This document shows, piece by piece, positions 28,955 to 37,909 of a stretch of DNA of 64,000 nucleotides. Made by a program: the position numbers and the translations under genes. The notes under the pieces were generated by a model that was not told the origin of the DNA, searched no databases, and worked only from the letters and a program-made list of their open reading frames with translations. Source of the stretch: a virus; IMG/VR virus record IMGVR_UViG_3300042561_001378, positions 1-64,000 of that record; one strand, written 5' to 3'. Position 1 is the stretch's first letter. Each line of letters begins with the position of its first letter.

Positions 28955-29204
28955 TGACCGCCGCGCCAAGTTCATATCACCGCAACCGAGACTAACCATG
29001 CAATACCCTGAATCGCCCGAGTGGCAGGCCCTAGCGCTTGCCTTTGAAGAGTGTATGCAGCTAGAAGGGCAGGGCCTCCCAATGGCTGCTCATATCCAAC
29101 GGCTCAGGGCAGCGAGTGAGGCCAACACCACCCACTGGGGTGATCAATGGCAAAAACACAATGCCATCCGCAACTACCTGAAATCGTGGGACGTTACCCT
29201 ATGA
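28938..29204 (+). CDS. Hypothetical protein
   Basis: In run of small plus-strand genes. Confidence 0.5.
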   Translation: MTASNNDRRAKFISPQPRLTMQYPESPEWQALALAFEECMQLEGQGLPMAAHIQRLRAASEANTTHWGDQWQKHNAIRNYLKSWDVTL

Positions 29205-29458
29205 CCACCTACATCCTTGAGCGTGGCAGCTACCAGGCCGCGTCCCTGGGCTACTCCTACGCCCGTCGGGCTCAGTCCGTGGCTCAGACGCTGCGGTGGC
29301 ACCAGGTAGCCATCATTGACGCGGAGAACATCACTGAGGCCGTAGAAGAAGCTACCCTGGCGATCGCTCAATGGAGCGGCCAGGGCTTTACCGGGCCACG
29401 TTGGCGGGTGGAGGGCCGTGGCGCTGCAATCCACGAAAACCAAGAAATATACCCATGA
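29201..29458 (+). CDS. Hypothetical protein
   Basis: ATGA coupling at 29201. Confidence 0.5.
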   Translation: MTTYILERGSYQAASLGYSYARRAQSVAQTLRWHQVAIIDAENITEAVEEATLAIAQWSGQGFTGPRWRVEGRGAAIHENQEIYP

Positions 29459-29482
29459 TCCCGCCCTTTCTGCGATCGCCCC

Positions 29483-29674
29483 ATGGCCCGCAACGGCACC
29501 ACCAACGACCACCAGCGCTGGCGCTGCCGTGCTTGCGGCCATGGCCTCACCAATGGCCCCAATACCCACGGAGGCTACCGCCACGGCCAGCAGGGGCGCA
29601 CTGGGGCAGATAGGGTGAGGGATTGCAGGGAGAGGCAGCGATCGAGCGACGGTGAGCCTAGCAGTACCCTCTGA
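29483..29674 (+). CDS. InsA-like zinc-ribbon protein (possibly decayed)
   Basis: RNG…QRWRCRACG; TGADRVRDCR tail. Confidence 0.5.
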   Translation: MARNGTTNDHQRWRCRACGHGLTNGPNTHGGYRHGQQGRTGADRVRDCRERQRSSDGEPSSTL

Positions 29675-29684
29675 GGACAGGCAC

Positions 29685-29720
29685 TAAAAAACCCCCAGCG
29701 TGTGCCGGGGGTTTTGTTTT
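29685..29720. terminator. Intrinsic terminator between convergent genes
   Basis: AAAAAACCCC…GGGGGTTTTGTTTT. Confidence 0.65.
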
Positions 29721-29731
29721 GGCCTCGTGGC

Positions 29732-29932
29732 CTAGCGCTTTAGCGCTGTAGCTGCAATCTGTAGCGCGGCGGCTACGTTTGCGTCGAAGTCCATCTCGCG
29801 TAGCCTGGCTTCGTTGTGCCGCTCACGGATGGCGGCCATCCGTGAGCGGTGCGCTCTCAGTGCCCCCTGCATCCGCTCCTGAATGAACTGGGCATCGGTG
29901 GCCATTTCCTGAATCATTGTTTGGTTTTCCAT
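29732..29932 (-). CDS. Hypothetical protein
   Basis: 66-aa helical ORF. Confidence 0.45.
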   Translation of the reverse strand: MENQTMIQEMATDAQFIQERMQGALRAHRSRMAAIRERHNEARLREMDFDANVAAALQIAATALKR

Positions 29933-30435
29933 GGTCGTTTGCGTCCTTGCGTGCGTACCTCTCTACTGTACCCTCACAATCGCCCACAACAAAGCCCTTG
30001 CAGTATGGGCGTTTCAGCGATCAGGCTGGCAAAACTCCCCTAAATCTGGCCCTGGGATCGCTGTTTTTGAGGCTACTTAGTACATGCGCTCATAAAGATT
30101 CCGTGAAGCGATCGGTGTTTCTTTATAAAGCTAAATTAAAGCATCGCTACAAATGTACTACTCTTGTCAGAATGCCCGCCTAGTATGGCTTTTGGGTGTC
30201 AATAGGGTTTACGCAGTCTTCATATAAAGATTGGGAATTGGCCTCAAAGCCTTATAGTGTGGGCCCTTGAGAACTTTACAGCATGGCGAGCTTCACAATT
30301 GGGTTGTCCCGATGGCACAGAAAAACCCCAGGATGCACAGCGACGGCCCCCACCGCTGGGAGTGCTTTGCTTGTAGCAAGGGTGCCTCAATCGACGGCGG
30401 GCCAGGCTGGGGCGCGTCGAGGGGCTGGGTGGAGG

Positions 30436-30789
30436 TTACTCTGCCGCCATAGCTGCAATAACAGCTTCCCAATCAACTGAGTCACCAGGGGCAAACGCGG
30501 CCCAGTTTGATGCCACCACAATGTCCACAGCTTCAGGCGGCGTATCGGGGTGGTGAGGGTTGGCACAGCGCACCCACAGGATAGGGCTAAGGGCTGAGCT
30601 TGCACCTAAGGCTACCCCTAAGGCTTCTCTACTGGGGACACCTTCAGAGGCCAGCTCACAGGCCACGAAATCAGCGTAATAGTGCGTAGGCTCATCCTCG
30701 GGAAATGGCCGGAAAGTGGCGACAATGCCATCAGGGTTGGCAAAGGCAGGGCTACGGCATCGAGAGGCACGACTAGCCAGTATTGCCAA
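30436..30789 (-). CDS. Hypothetical protein
   Basis: Follows LRR gene on same strand. Confidence 0.5.
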   Translation of the reverse strand: MAILASRASRCRSPAFANPDGIVATFRPFPEDEPTHYYADFVACELASEGVPSREALGVALGASSALSPILWVRCANPHHPDTPPEAVDIVVASNWAAFAPGDSVDWEAVIAAMAAE

Positions 30790-30805
30790 ATTGATTTACT
30801 TAGCA

Positions 30806-32065
30806 TTAGTAACCTCCTGTAACGGTGATCGTCCAGCCCCGCCCCCGCATGGCATTAATAGCCGCATTACCTGTAGCAGATGGGGCACTGCCACCGCTCT
30901 GGTTAAAGGTGCCGTTGCTGGTGTTGTTGGAGTTAATCGATACCAGGATGTTGTCAATGCTGCCTTGAGTTAGGGCTGTATTTGTGAATGAGTTGGTAAA
31001 GTTGGTGGCTGAGCAACCATTGAAAAAGCTTGCCGGAAATGTAGTTAGCCCTGTGCAACCACGCCAAGCCTCACTAAAGGTTGTTCCGGCTGCTGTATTG
31101 ATTAATGGGAATGAAGTTAGCCCTGTGCAACCTTGCCAAGTAGCAAAAAAGGTTGTTCCGGCTGCTGTATTGATTAATGGAAATGTAGTTAGCCCTGAGC
31201 AAACACGCCAAGCCTCACTAAAGGTTGTTCCGGCTGCTGTATTGATTAATGGGAATGAAGTTAGCCCTGAGCAGCCATTCCAAGCACTAAAAAAGCTTGT
31301 TCCGGCTGCTGTATTGATCAATGGAAATGAAGTTAGCCCTGAGCAATTTCGCCAAGCATTACTAAAGTTTGTTGCGGCTGCTGTATTGATCAATGGAAAT
31401 GAAGTTAGCCCTGAGCAGCCATTCCAAGCACTAAAAAAGCTTGTTCCGGCTGCTGTATTGATTAATGGAAATGAAGTTAGAAAACTAAAATCTCTGAAGT
31501 AGTTTAAAAAGCTCGTAATGCTTGCGAAGTCATTATCTACGGCTCCTTCTGCCACCACAAACGCTTTAATCCGGCCAATGTCTGCGCTGTCAAACGCGCC
31601 CGAAACCCAGTGGATCATCCCTGGGATATTCCGCACAGTTAGCGATGCTGGGATATTGCCGATAGAATTTAATATTCCGGCATTGGTAGCTATTACAATA
31701 TTCGCCCCAGTAGCAGCGGTAGGGCTACCCTGTAGTGTTTTGGTGTAGTCTCCCACTAACCTGGTAGGGCTCGCAGCCAAGGTAGGACGGTTTACAGAAT
31801 TGCTCTGAGTCCAGGTTCGTGCCACCGCATTATCTTTAATCGCCGCTACAGCATCGCCTGTGAGTGCTGGTACGGTTGCCGCAGTATCGCTAAAGGCGGC
31901 AAAGGCATCTAGCCAAATATTAGCTTTGGCAAAGCTGGCGATCGTGGCTTGATCTATCCAGCCCGCAGACGATCTCCGCCCCGCAGGCAGGGCCGTGAGA
32001 GCGGAGAAGTTGAGGCCCGCCGCCCCCGATCGCACCAACCCCAACCCGAGTCCCATGCTTGGCAT
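30806..32065 (-). CDS. BspA/DUF285-like leucine-rich-repeat virion protein
   Basis: Six 24-aa repeats FPLINTAAGTxFxxAWxGCSGLTS (72-bp period). Confidence 0.8.
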   Translation of the reverse strand: MPSMGLGLGLVRSGAAGLNFSALTALPAGRRSSAGWIDQATIASFAKANIWLDAFAAFSDTAATVPALTGDAVAAIKDNAVARTWTQSNSVNRPTLAASPTRLVGDYTKTLQGSPTAATGANIVIATNAGILNSIGNIPASLTVRNIPGMIHWVSGAFDSADIGRIKAFVVAEGAVDNDFASITSFLNYFRDFSFLTSFPLINTAAGTSFFSAWNGCSGLTSFPLINTAAATNFSNAWRNCSGLTSFPLINTAAGTSFFSAWNGCSGLTSFPLINTAAGTTFSEAWRVCSGLTTFPLINTAAGTTFFATWQGCTGLTSFPLINTAAGTTFSEAWRGCTGLTTFPASFFNGCSATNFTNSFTNTALTQGSIDNILVSINSNNTSNGTFNQSGGSAPSATGNAAINAMRGRGWTITVTGGY

Positions 32066-32322
32066 TAGCCCACCCTATAGCCAGTACATTGTCCAGCCGA
32101 TAGCGTCACCGTTGCGGCCAATTTATCGCCAAAGGTCTGGACTTGCCCCGCCGCCAGCGCATAGCCGCTGTAGTTGGAGGGCAGGCCAGTGGTGCTAAAT
32201 GTGCAACCGTTAGCGCTTGCCTGGATAGCGCTGAACGGCCCGGTCGTCGATGCCGTGGTTGTGATCGGGATTGGTGTTCCCCCGATTAATTTTTGATCGG
32301 CATTGGTGATAGTATTTTTCAC
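32065..32322 (-). CDS. Small structural protein
   Basis: Coupled ORF. Confidence 0.55.
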   Translation of the reverse strand: MKNTITNADQKLIGGTPIPITTTASTTGPFSAIQASANGCTFSTTGLPSNYSGYALAAGQVQTFGDKLAATVTLSAGQCTGYRVG

Positions 32323-32324
32323 AA

Positions 32325-32546
32325 CTATTTGGCCCCTTTCAACTCGCTACTCAGCTTTACAATGCGATTGGTTTTGCCGTCTTGTTTGATGACAACAGCG
32401 GGGTTTTCTTTGCTGCCATTGCGAACGATGGTAGAGTCTCCAGACTTGATTTCAACGCGCCCGGTGCTCACTCGGGTAACGGTGCCAGTGCCAGTGCCAG
32501 TGCCATAGTTCCAGGTAACGGTACTGCCTTTTTTAGGGGTTGCCAT
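32325..32546 (-). CDS. DUF2945/HVA1 Tudor-like protein
   Basis: KKGSTVTWNYG.G…G.V…NGSKENPA..IK. Confidence 0.7.
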   Translation of the reverse strand: MATPKKGSTVTWNYGTGTGTGTVTRVSTGRVEIKSGDSTIVRNGSKENPAVVIKQDGKTNRIVKLSSELKGAK

Positions 32547-32875
32547 TACTTTTTCTCCTGTCGCTTTACAAAAGCGGCGGCTGACTTGATTGCAGCCTTG
32601 CCACCCCAGCCCATCACGGCCTGGATAGCTTTGGAGTCGGCGGCAGTCTTGCCCTGGGCGGCTGCTTTATCAGCGGCGGGGACATGGCGGGCAAATGCGG
32701 CAACACGCTTGGCAGTCTCTAGGGTCATCGGCTCCCCGCTGGCGAATTGAGCAGCCCGCTTAACCCCGGTTGGAGTCATGGCGCGGCGGCTAGGCGGTAG
32801 CTCTTGCCGGAGCTCCAGCACCCGCTTGGCCTGGGTCTGTGCTGATTTCGGGGGTATCCATTTAGGGGTTGCCAT
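32546..32875 (-). CDS. Conserved phage head-region protein
   Basis: T..G..RA.Q…ET.KR…F.RH…WGG motif. Confidence 0.6.
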   Translation of the reverse strand: MATPKWIPPKSAQTQAKRVLELRQELPPSRRAMTPTGVKRAAQFASGEPMTLETAKRVAAFARHVPAADKAAAQGKTAADSKAIQAVMGWGGKAAIKSAAAFVKRQEKK

Positions 32876-32877
32876 TG

Positions 32878-33273
32878 CTATTCCTCTGGGCTAGTGTAAA
32901 TTTCCTCAGCCTCGCTTTGCCCGTACTCGGCAACCAGGATAGGCAGCACCGCTTCATCCCATCCGTTAGCAGGACGGGCAATGCCGTGGCCTTCTGCGAT
33001 CGCTTTCAGGGTACGCCAGTTACCATCCTCGGCTAGTCCCTGGAGTTCGGCTAGGCGGGCATCGATGGAGGGCCGGTCTACTTGCCCTTGGGTGGCTTCT
33101 TCGGCTTGCTCTTGGGCTTCATTTTGTATGGCATTGTTTTCAATGGGTAAAGGGGTCAGTGCATGGGCGGCAGCATCTTCCCACGGTGCATCTACACCAG
33201 GGCGATAGTCTGATTGGTTAATGATCAGTCGATGGCCGCCGCGATTGATTTCGATGGTGGGAAGAGTCGCCAT
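32878..33273 (-). CDS. Hypothetical head-region protein
   Basis: IINQSDY motif; downstream of capsid. Confidence 0.55.
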   Translation of the reverse strand: MATLPTIEINRGGHRLIINQSDYRPGVDAPWEDAAAHALTPLPIENNAIQNEAQEQAEEATQGQVDRPSIDARLAELQGLAEDGNWRTLKAIAEGHGIARPANGWDEAVLPILVAEYGQSEAEEIYTSPEE

Positions 33274-33275
33274 AA

Positions 33276-33674
33276 TTATGCCGCGTGAGTAATTGCGCCA
33301 GAAATCGCCAGTTGTCCGGATTGCATCACCAGCACCAGATGGCTAGTCAATGCCCCAGCTTCGGTGATGCTGATATCCGCCCTACCGCTGGAGTTGGTCA
33401 CCAGGTAACCTGCCAGTTTGGTCACTGAGGCGATTAGCAAACCCCTGGAGTTAGCGATCGCCACGGCTCCACTAGCCGCTGTACCGATGGTTAATCCAGT
33501 GGCCGTCCCTGCAATGTACCAAGGCACCATTACTGATTTAGTCAGCGGGGTGCCTTCGCGGTCGAGGAGTTGGATTTCGGTGATGATTGCGTTAGTAGCT
33601 TCAGCGCCTACGGTGAACCGTGCCCCATAGGGTTGGGCCTCAAGCTCTGCCCAGTTTGTGATGATTTCAGCCAT
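33276..33674 (-). CDS. Putative capsid decoration protein
   Basis: Beta-rich, directly after capsid gene. Confidence 0.5.
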   Translation of the reverse strand: MAEIITNWAELEAQPYGARFTVGAEATNAIITEIQLLDREGTPLTKSVMVPWYIAGTATGLTIGTAASGAVAIANSRGLLIASVTKLAGYLVTNSSGRADISITEAGALTSHLVLVMQSGQLAISGAITHAA

Positions 33675-33736
33675 GGTATTTCACCAGATAAAGAAAAGGA
33701 TAGGGGCCATTGCTGACCCCATCAAACTAGGCAGGT

Positions 33737-34882
33737 TTAGCCTGCGATCCTACAGGCCAAGGCCGGACGAACGGCCTTAACCCCGTACAAACAATCAATC
33801 GAAAACACAGTGCGTTTCCATTCCCGTTGGATTTCAAACCGCATTGCCAGTCCCGAGACATCATCCACCAAGGGCTGAATCAGTGAACCTGGAGTTTCCA
33901 AGTCCATCATTGGGCGGCTCGCAAACGCAAACGCTTCCCGATGAAAGGCCAGGTTCGTACTATGGGAGCCGACAAACGTTACCACAGCACCATCCGTCAC
34001 GTTAGCAACTAGGGGAGGCTGAATGCCCACTGTGGTCTCGTTGGCGGTAGGCGCATCGGCAGTCACGCTGGTGACTACATACTGCTGGGTATTGCCTGCG
34101 ACCGTGAACACATCGCCCACCACAGGCAGGGTAGCTAGGTCAGCGCCAGAGGCGTTGTCCAGCACCAGGGAGACGGCCCCGGCGGTAGCGTTGGCGTCGA
34201 TCGCAGCCGTCGCGGGAGCCCCCAGGGTATGGGTCGGGACTTGCTGATCTTGATACCAGTCAAAGCCCAGGGCTCGGGTAATGGTGCCATCGCGCAGCGC
34301 TTCAGAATCGCCAGACTCATTGACCTTTTGCAACACCGAAAGGCCGAGGGCGTTGGCATAGCCAAATGGGTCTAGAACCATGCGCCGCTCGTCCATGGGG
34401 GCCAAGGCACTGTTGAGGACTCGGGCAGCTTGCTGGGCCTCTAGGGTGGAGGTACCGAAGGGGTTAACGCCAGCGGTGCCCACAACGTTGTAGACCTCTT
34501 TGTAGAGAGCAAAGATTTCAGAGTTGATCTTATTGGCCAGGGCCTTAACAGCTTTCTCAATGGCTCGGGGCCGGGTGCCTTCTTGCACCTCTTTGATTTC
34601 CTTGTCGGTCATCACAAAAGTAGCAGCCTGGAATTTGTTTAGGACTAGCTGCTTTTTGGTGTTGGCTACATCAGAGATGATGTTGCTCGCTGGGGTAGCG
34701 CCAGGGGTGACATCAAACGCCGTCATATCGTTGAGGTCGTTAATGTCAATGGTGCTGCCCTGGGCCGCTGCATCGGAGCTGTAGCTATTGTTGATTAGGT
34801 TGGGGAGCACACAAGTTTCTCGCAATACTGAAAGGATATTGGCGAGAATTTGAGGAGTGAGATTTGTAATATCGTTAGCCAT
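33737..34882 (-). CDS. Major capsid protein (P22 gp5-like)
   Basis: GSTIDI, AVKALANKIN, NLAFHREAFAFASRP, DCLYGVKAVRP. Confidence 0.9.
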   Translation of the reverse strand: MANDITNLTPQILANILSVLRETCVLPNLINNSYSSDAAAQGSTIDINDLNDMTAFDVTPGATPASNIISDVANTKKQLVLNKFQAATFVMTDKEIKEVQEGTRPRAIEKAVKALANKINSEIFALYKEVYNVVGTAGVNPFGTSTLEAQQAARVLNSALAPMDERRMVLDPFGYANALGLSVLQKVNESGDSEALRDGTITRALGFDWYQDQQVPTHTLGAPATAAIDANATAGAVSLVLDNASGADLATLPVVGDVFTVAGNTQQYVVTSVTADAPTANETTVGIQPPLVANVTDGAVVTFVGSHSTNLAFHREAFAFASRPMMDLETPGSLIQPLVDDVSGLAMRFEIQREWKRTVFSIDCLYGVKAVRPALACRIAG

Positions 34883-35070
34883 GATCGTTCCACATTGAAT
34901 AGGGCAAAGAGGTTTGTAGCGTCTCTACCTGCATCGCAGTGGATACCCATCGGGTGTCCGGCGCTGAAAAGGGGGCAATGGTCATCGACCATCACCCCCC
35001 AATAGTACCCAATTTTTCGCAGTTGTGCTAAGGGATTACCGCAAGAGTATCATGGGCGAACGTTGACGTG

Positions 35071-35937
35071 CTAGCGAATGTTGACGCGCTGCTTCCCGCT
35101 TGCGATCGCCTTGAGCTCTGCGGGGGACATGCTGCCCATATGGGTCAGGTCGTCCCGTGACATGATTATGTCACCGCCTCGGCCATTGCCTCCGACCACG
35201 CCAGCGCCCGAGGATTTATTGTAGGCGGCGACCATGGTCTGCAAGACAGATCCATACCGGCCTTGCTGGATTTGCCGAATAAAGTCTCGCAAGTCGGCCT
35301 TCTTCACCTCGCCTGGTGCGCTGGGATCATCGACAAACCCCAGGGGCTTTCCATCGGGGCCAGTGATCGACTTCACCTCAGACCGATAACTCACCACAGT
35401 TTCACCACGCATGATAGGAATATACTCAAACTCGACGTGGGACGTGATAAAAGATTCAAACATACCGGACTCTGCCTCGTTGGCGGGTGAGAATCCAGCC
35501 TGCTGGCCGATGGCGGTAATAGTCTGCGATCGCGCTGTTTCCTGAAGGCTTTGGGTGAGTAGGTTGATCCGTTGGTCGTAGGCCTGTTTTAATTCAGCCT
35601 TTTCCCGCTCCGTCTGCAATCGCACTTCAGCTTCTTTCTTTTGCCGTTGCTCTTCCTCAACTTCTTGCCGCTCCAACTGAGCTAACTTTTGGCGCAATTC
35701 GGCAGGGTCAGCACCGCCCAAAAGTTCGTCAAATAAATCTGCCTTCTTAGCCTTACTCTTGAGATCTTGATTATCTGCCTTGATCCGTTCGAGGGCAGAT
35801 TTCAGCGCAGCCACGTCGCTAGCTGGAATCATCCCAGACTCATCAGGGATATCACGGATCCCTACAGAATCAGGGATCACTGTACTGGCATCGCCAGCCG
35901 CCGCCACGTCGGGGGCGTTTGTGAGGTCATCAGCCAT
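35071..35937 (-). CDS. Capsid scaffolding protein
   Basis: Coiled coil, upstream of capsid gene. Confidence 0.7.
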   Translation of the reverse strand: MADDLTNAPDVAAAGDASTVIPDSVGIRDIPDESGMIPASDVAALKSALERIKADNQDLKSKAKKADLFDELLGGADPAELRQKLAQLERQEVEEEQRQKKEAEVRLQTEREKAELKQAYDQRINLLTQSLQETARSQTITAIGQQAGFSPANEAESGMFESFITSHVEFEYIPIMRGETVVSYRSEVKSITGPDGKPLGFVDDPSAPGEVKKADLRDFIRQIQQGRYGSVLQTMVAAYNKSSGAGVVGGNGRGGDIIMSRDDLTHMGSMSPAELKAIASGKQRVNIR

Positions 35938-36005
35938 TTGTAATACTCGTAATCGGTACGACTACAAGTTTAGCTCAAACCCAAAAACTAATTCCCCCAA
36001 AGTTC

Positions 36006-36035
36006 TTGACAGTCACGAAAGGTGTTTGGTAGTAT
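36006..36035 (+). promoter_or_regulatory. Conserved sigma70 promoter, copy 2
   Basis: TTGACA-GTCACGAAAGGTGTTTGG-TAGTAT. Confidence 0.8.
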
Positions 36036-36065
36036 GGATGCATACACCGCAAAGGACACCAATCC

Positions 36066-36215
36066 ATGACCGACATTCGCAGCACCTTCTACTCTGCTAC
36101 CGGCCTCGTCAACACCCAGGAATGGGACGCCGCTGGCCCCGAGGACACCATCACAGTGCACGAGGGTAAACGCCGCGACACCTACCAAAAGAAATTCTGG
36201 AGTGTCGCCTACTAG
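36066..36215 (+). CDS. 49-aa moron protein MTDIRSTFYSATG…KKFWSVAY (not in ORF track)
   Basis: Own promoter, AAGGA RBS and terminator CCCCTCACCCGAGGGGTTTTTT. Confidence 0.7.
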   Translation: MTDIRSTFYSATGLVNTQEWDAAGPEDTITVHEGKRRDTYQKKFWSVAY

Positions 36216-36248
36216 CCCACCGCCCCTCACCCGAGGGGTTTTTTTTGA

Positions 36249-37493
36249 CTACTTCTCGACCCATGCCCGGATTGTTCTAAAGCCCAATTCGTAGAAAGCC
36301 ACCAGCCTGTGACGGCCATCTGTGATGTCATAGCCAGGGGGTATGTTGAACTCGTTCCCCGGCTCCGCAAACGATAGCCTAGGCGCTGTGAACGGTTCGC
36401 CAGATTCAGACGATCGCAGAATGTCCGTTTTTAGCCGGTCAATCCTGGCCCGTTCGTTGGGGTTGCTCAGGTCAATCGGTAGGCCATTGCGCCGCCAATC
36501 TTCGTAGATAGTTCCTACCTCAACCGTTCGCAGTCGTTCATTAGATGGCATCGACGTTGGCTTAGCCCATTTGAGCGCGGCTGCGGTACGTTCTGATGGG
36601 GGCGTCTGCTGCTCAGGCCCAGTCTGTAGTGTTGCGGTAGGTTGTGCCTGTGGCGGCGCTGTAGCTGGCATCGGTAGGCGATCGCTCAAAGTAGCCATGC
36701 GATACTCAACCCGACAACGGCAACGGCCCCTACACCGGCAGGCCACACCCACCGGGGTAACCTCAGCAGCCGGTATCCAATCAGGACGGGCAAGGCCTGG
36801 GCAATCAGGGCAGTGGTCGGCGGCAGGGTCAAGCATCCGCCGCGCCATCCACCGACCATCGAGGTGGCTTTGGTGCTGGGCATCAAAAAAACTAACCCCA
36901 GCGCTGTAGCCATACCGCCCCGCCCGGTATCGTGCCATTTTCTCCGAGACTTCGCCGTCGGCAATACCCTGGGCCAGATTAGCTAGTCCATCAAGGTCAG
37001 CCACTATCTGCTGTCGCAATCGTTCTAGGTGTTCTGGAGTGAGCTGCCCCGCTGTACCGGCCCCAGCCTGGGCCATCCTAAAATGCGATCGCACAATATC
37101 CCGGCCCATGGCCCGTTGCCATTGCTCCAGGCTCACGTCTCCGGCCACCATGCGATCGGTGAGGCGTTGCATCCGGGCTTGGTTCTGGGCCTGCTCAGCC
37201 AGTACCCGGCGTTGAAGGTCGGTGGTCCTCAGCGGCGATCGCCCTTGGTAGTATCGCCCATCCCGCGCACTGTAGGCCAAGCCCCTAGGCGCAATATTGG
37301 CCAGCAGGGCCAGCAACAGGGTGGCTACCAATAGCTCCTCGAGGGCGTTGCTAGATTCCCGGTTAGCATCATCGATGAGGGTCTGTAGCTCTGCCGTATC
37401 GTAGGGCGGCTCAAGGGCGTCTGTTCCTACCAGGGCCTCAAGTTCAGCTAGGGGGTAGGCAGTGCCGTTGATGGTGAGGGTTTCTACGGCCAT
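36249..37493 (-). CDS. Minor head (MuF-like) protein with C-terminal ParB-like domain
   Basis: HCPDC…CRCRGRCRC and ITDGRHRL.A. Confidence 0.7.
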   Translation of the reverse strand: MAVETLTINGTAYPLAELEALVGTDALEPPYDTAELQTLIDDANRESSNALEELLVATLLLALLANIAPRGLAYSARDGRYYQGRSPLRTTDLQRRVLAEQAQNQARMQRLTDRMVAGDVSLEQWQRAMGRDIVRSHFRMAQAGAGTAGQLTPEHLERLRQQIVADLDGLANLAQGIADGEVSEKMARYRAGRYGYSAGVSFFDAQHQSHLDGRWMARRMLDPAADHCPDCPGLARPDWIPAAEVTPVGVACRCRGRCRCRVEYRMATLSDRLPMPATAPPQAQPTATLQTGPEQQTPPSERTAAALKWAKPTSMPSNERLRTVEVGTIYEDWRRNGLPIDLSNPNERARIDRLKTDILRSSESGEPFTAPRLSFAEPGNEFNIPPGYDITDGRHRLVAFYELGFRTIRAWVEK

Positions 37494-37909
37494 CAGAACA
37501 AAATATTCCCGCCCTCGGTCACCGCCCCCAGTACATCCTGCGGGTCGATCAAGTCTTTCAGCTTGGCCTTAAGCGCTGCCAGCTTGTTGGTGTAGGCGGT
37601 ACTCTCTTGCACTCCAGAGGGCGATCGAGTAATAGACAACTCCCCAGGGATTGACACACTGGAGATCCCATCGTTAGCCGTCAACCCCAGGTCTAAATCT
37701 TCATCGGGGTCGCCGTACAGGGCCACCTGTAGCGCCTCAATCCGTTCCAGCAACCGCTGCACCTGGGCCACCACAGCATCACCATACTGTGCGTCAAAAA
37801 CCTCGACATCGCGCAGCAACGTTTGGAGCCGGGATGACTCAGTGCGCTGGTGTCGCTCCAGGTTCAAGGCTTCGGCGATGGCGCGGCGGTTCGCGGCGGT
37901 GAATGGCAT
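37493..37909 (-). CDS. Putative head completion protein
   Basis: Coupled downstream of portal. Confidence 0.5.
   Translation of the reverse strand: MPFTAANRRAIAEALNLERHQRTESSRLQTLLRDVEVFDAQYGDAVVAQVQRLLERIEALQVALYGDPDEDLDLGLTANDGISSVSIPGELSITRSPSGVQESTAYTNKLAALKAKLKDLIDPQDVLGAVTEGGNILF

Noticed and set aside
29483-29674. IS1 element
   Set aside because: No InsB transposase, terminal repeats or target duplication
30984-31502. Plus-strand repeat ORF, and possible DGR template/variable repeats
   Set aside because: Antisense shadow of the LRR gene; no reverse transcriptase in the window and repeats are tandem and in-frame
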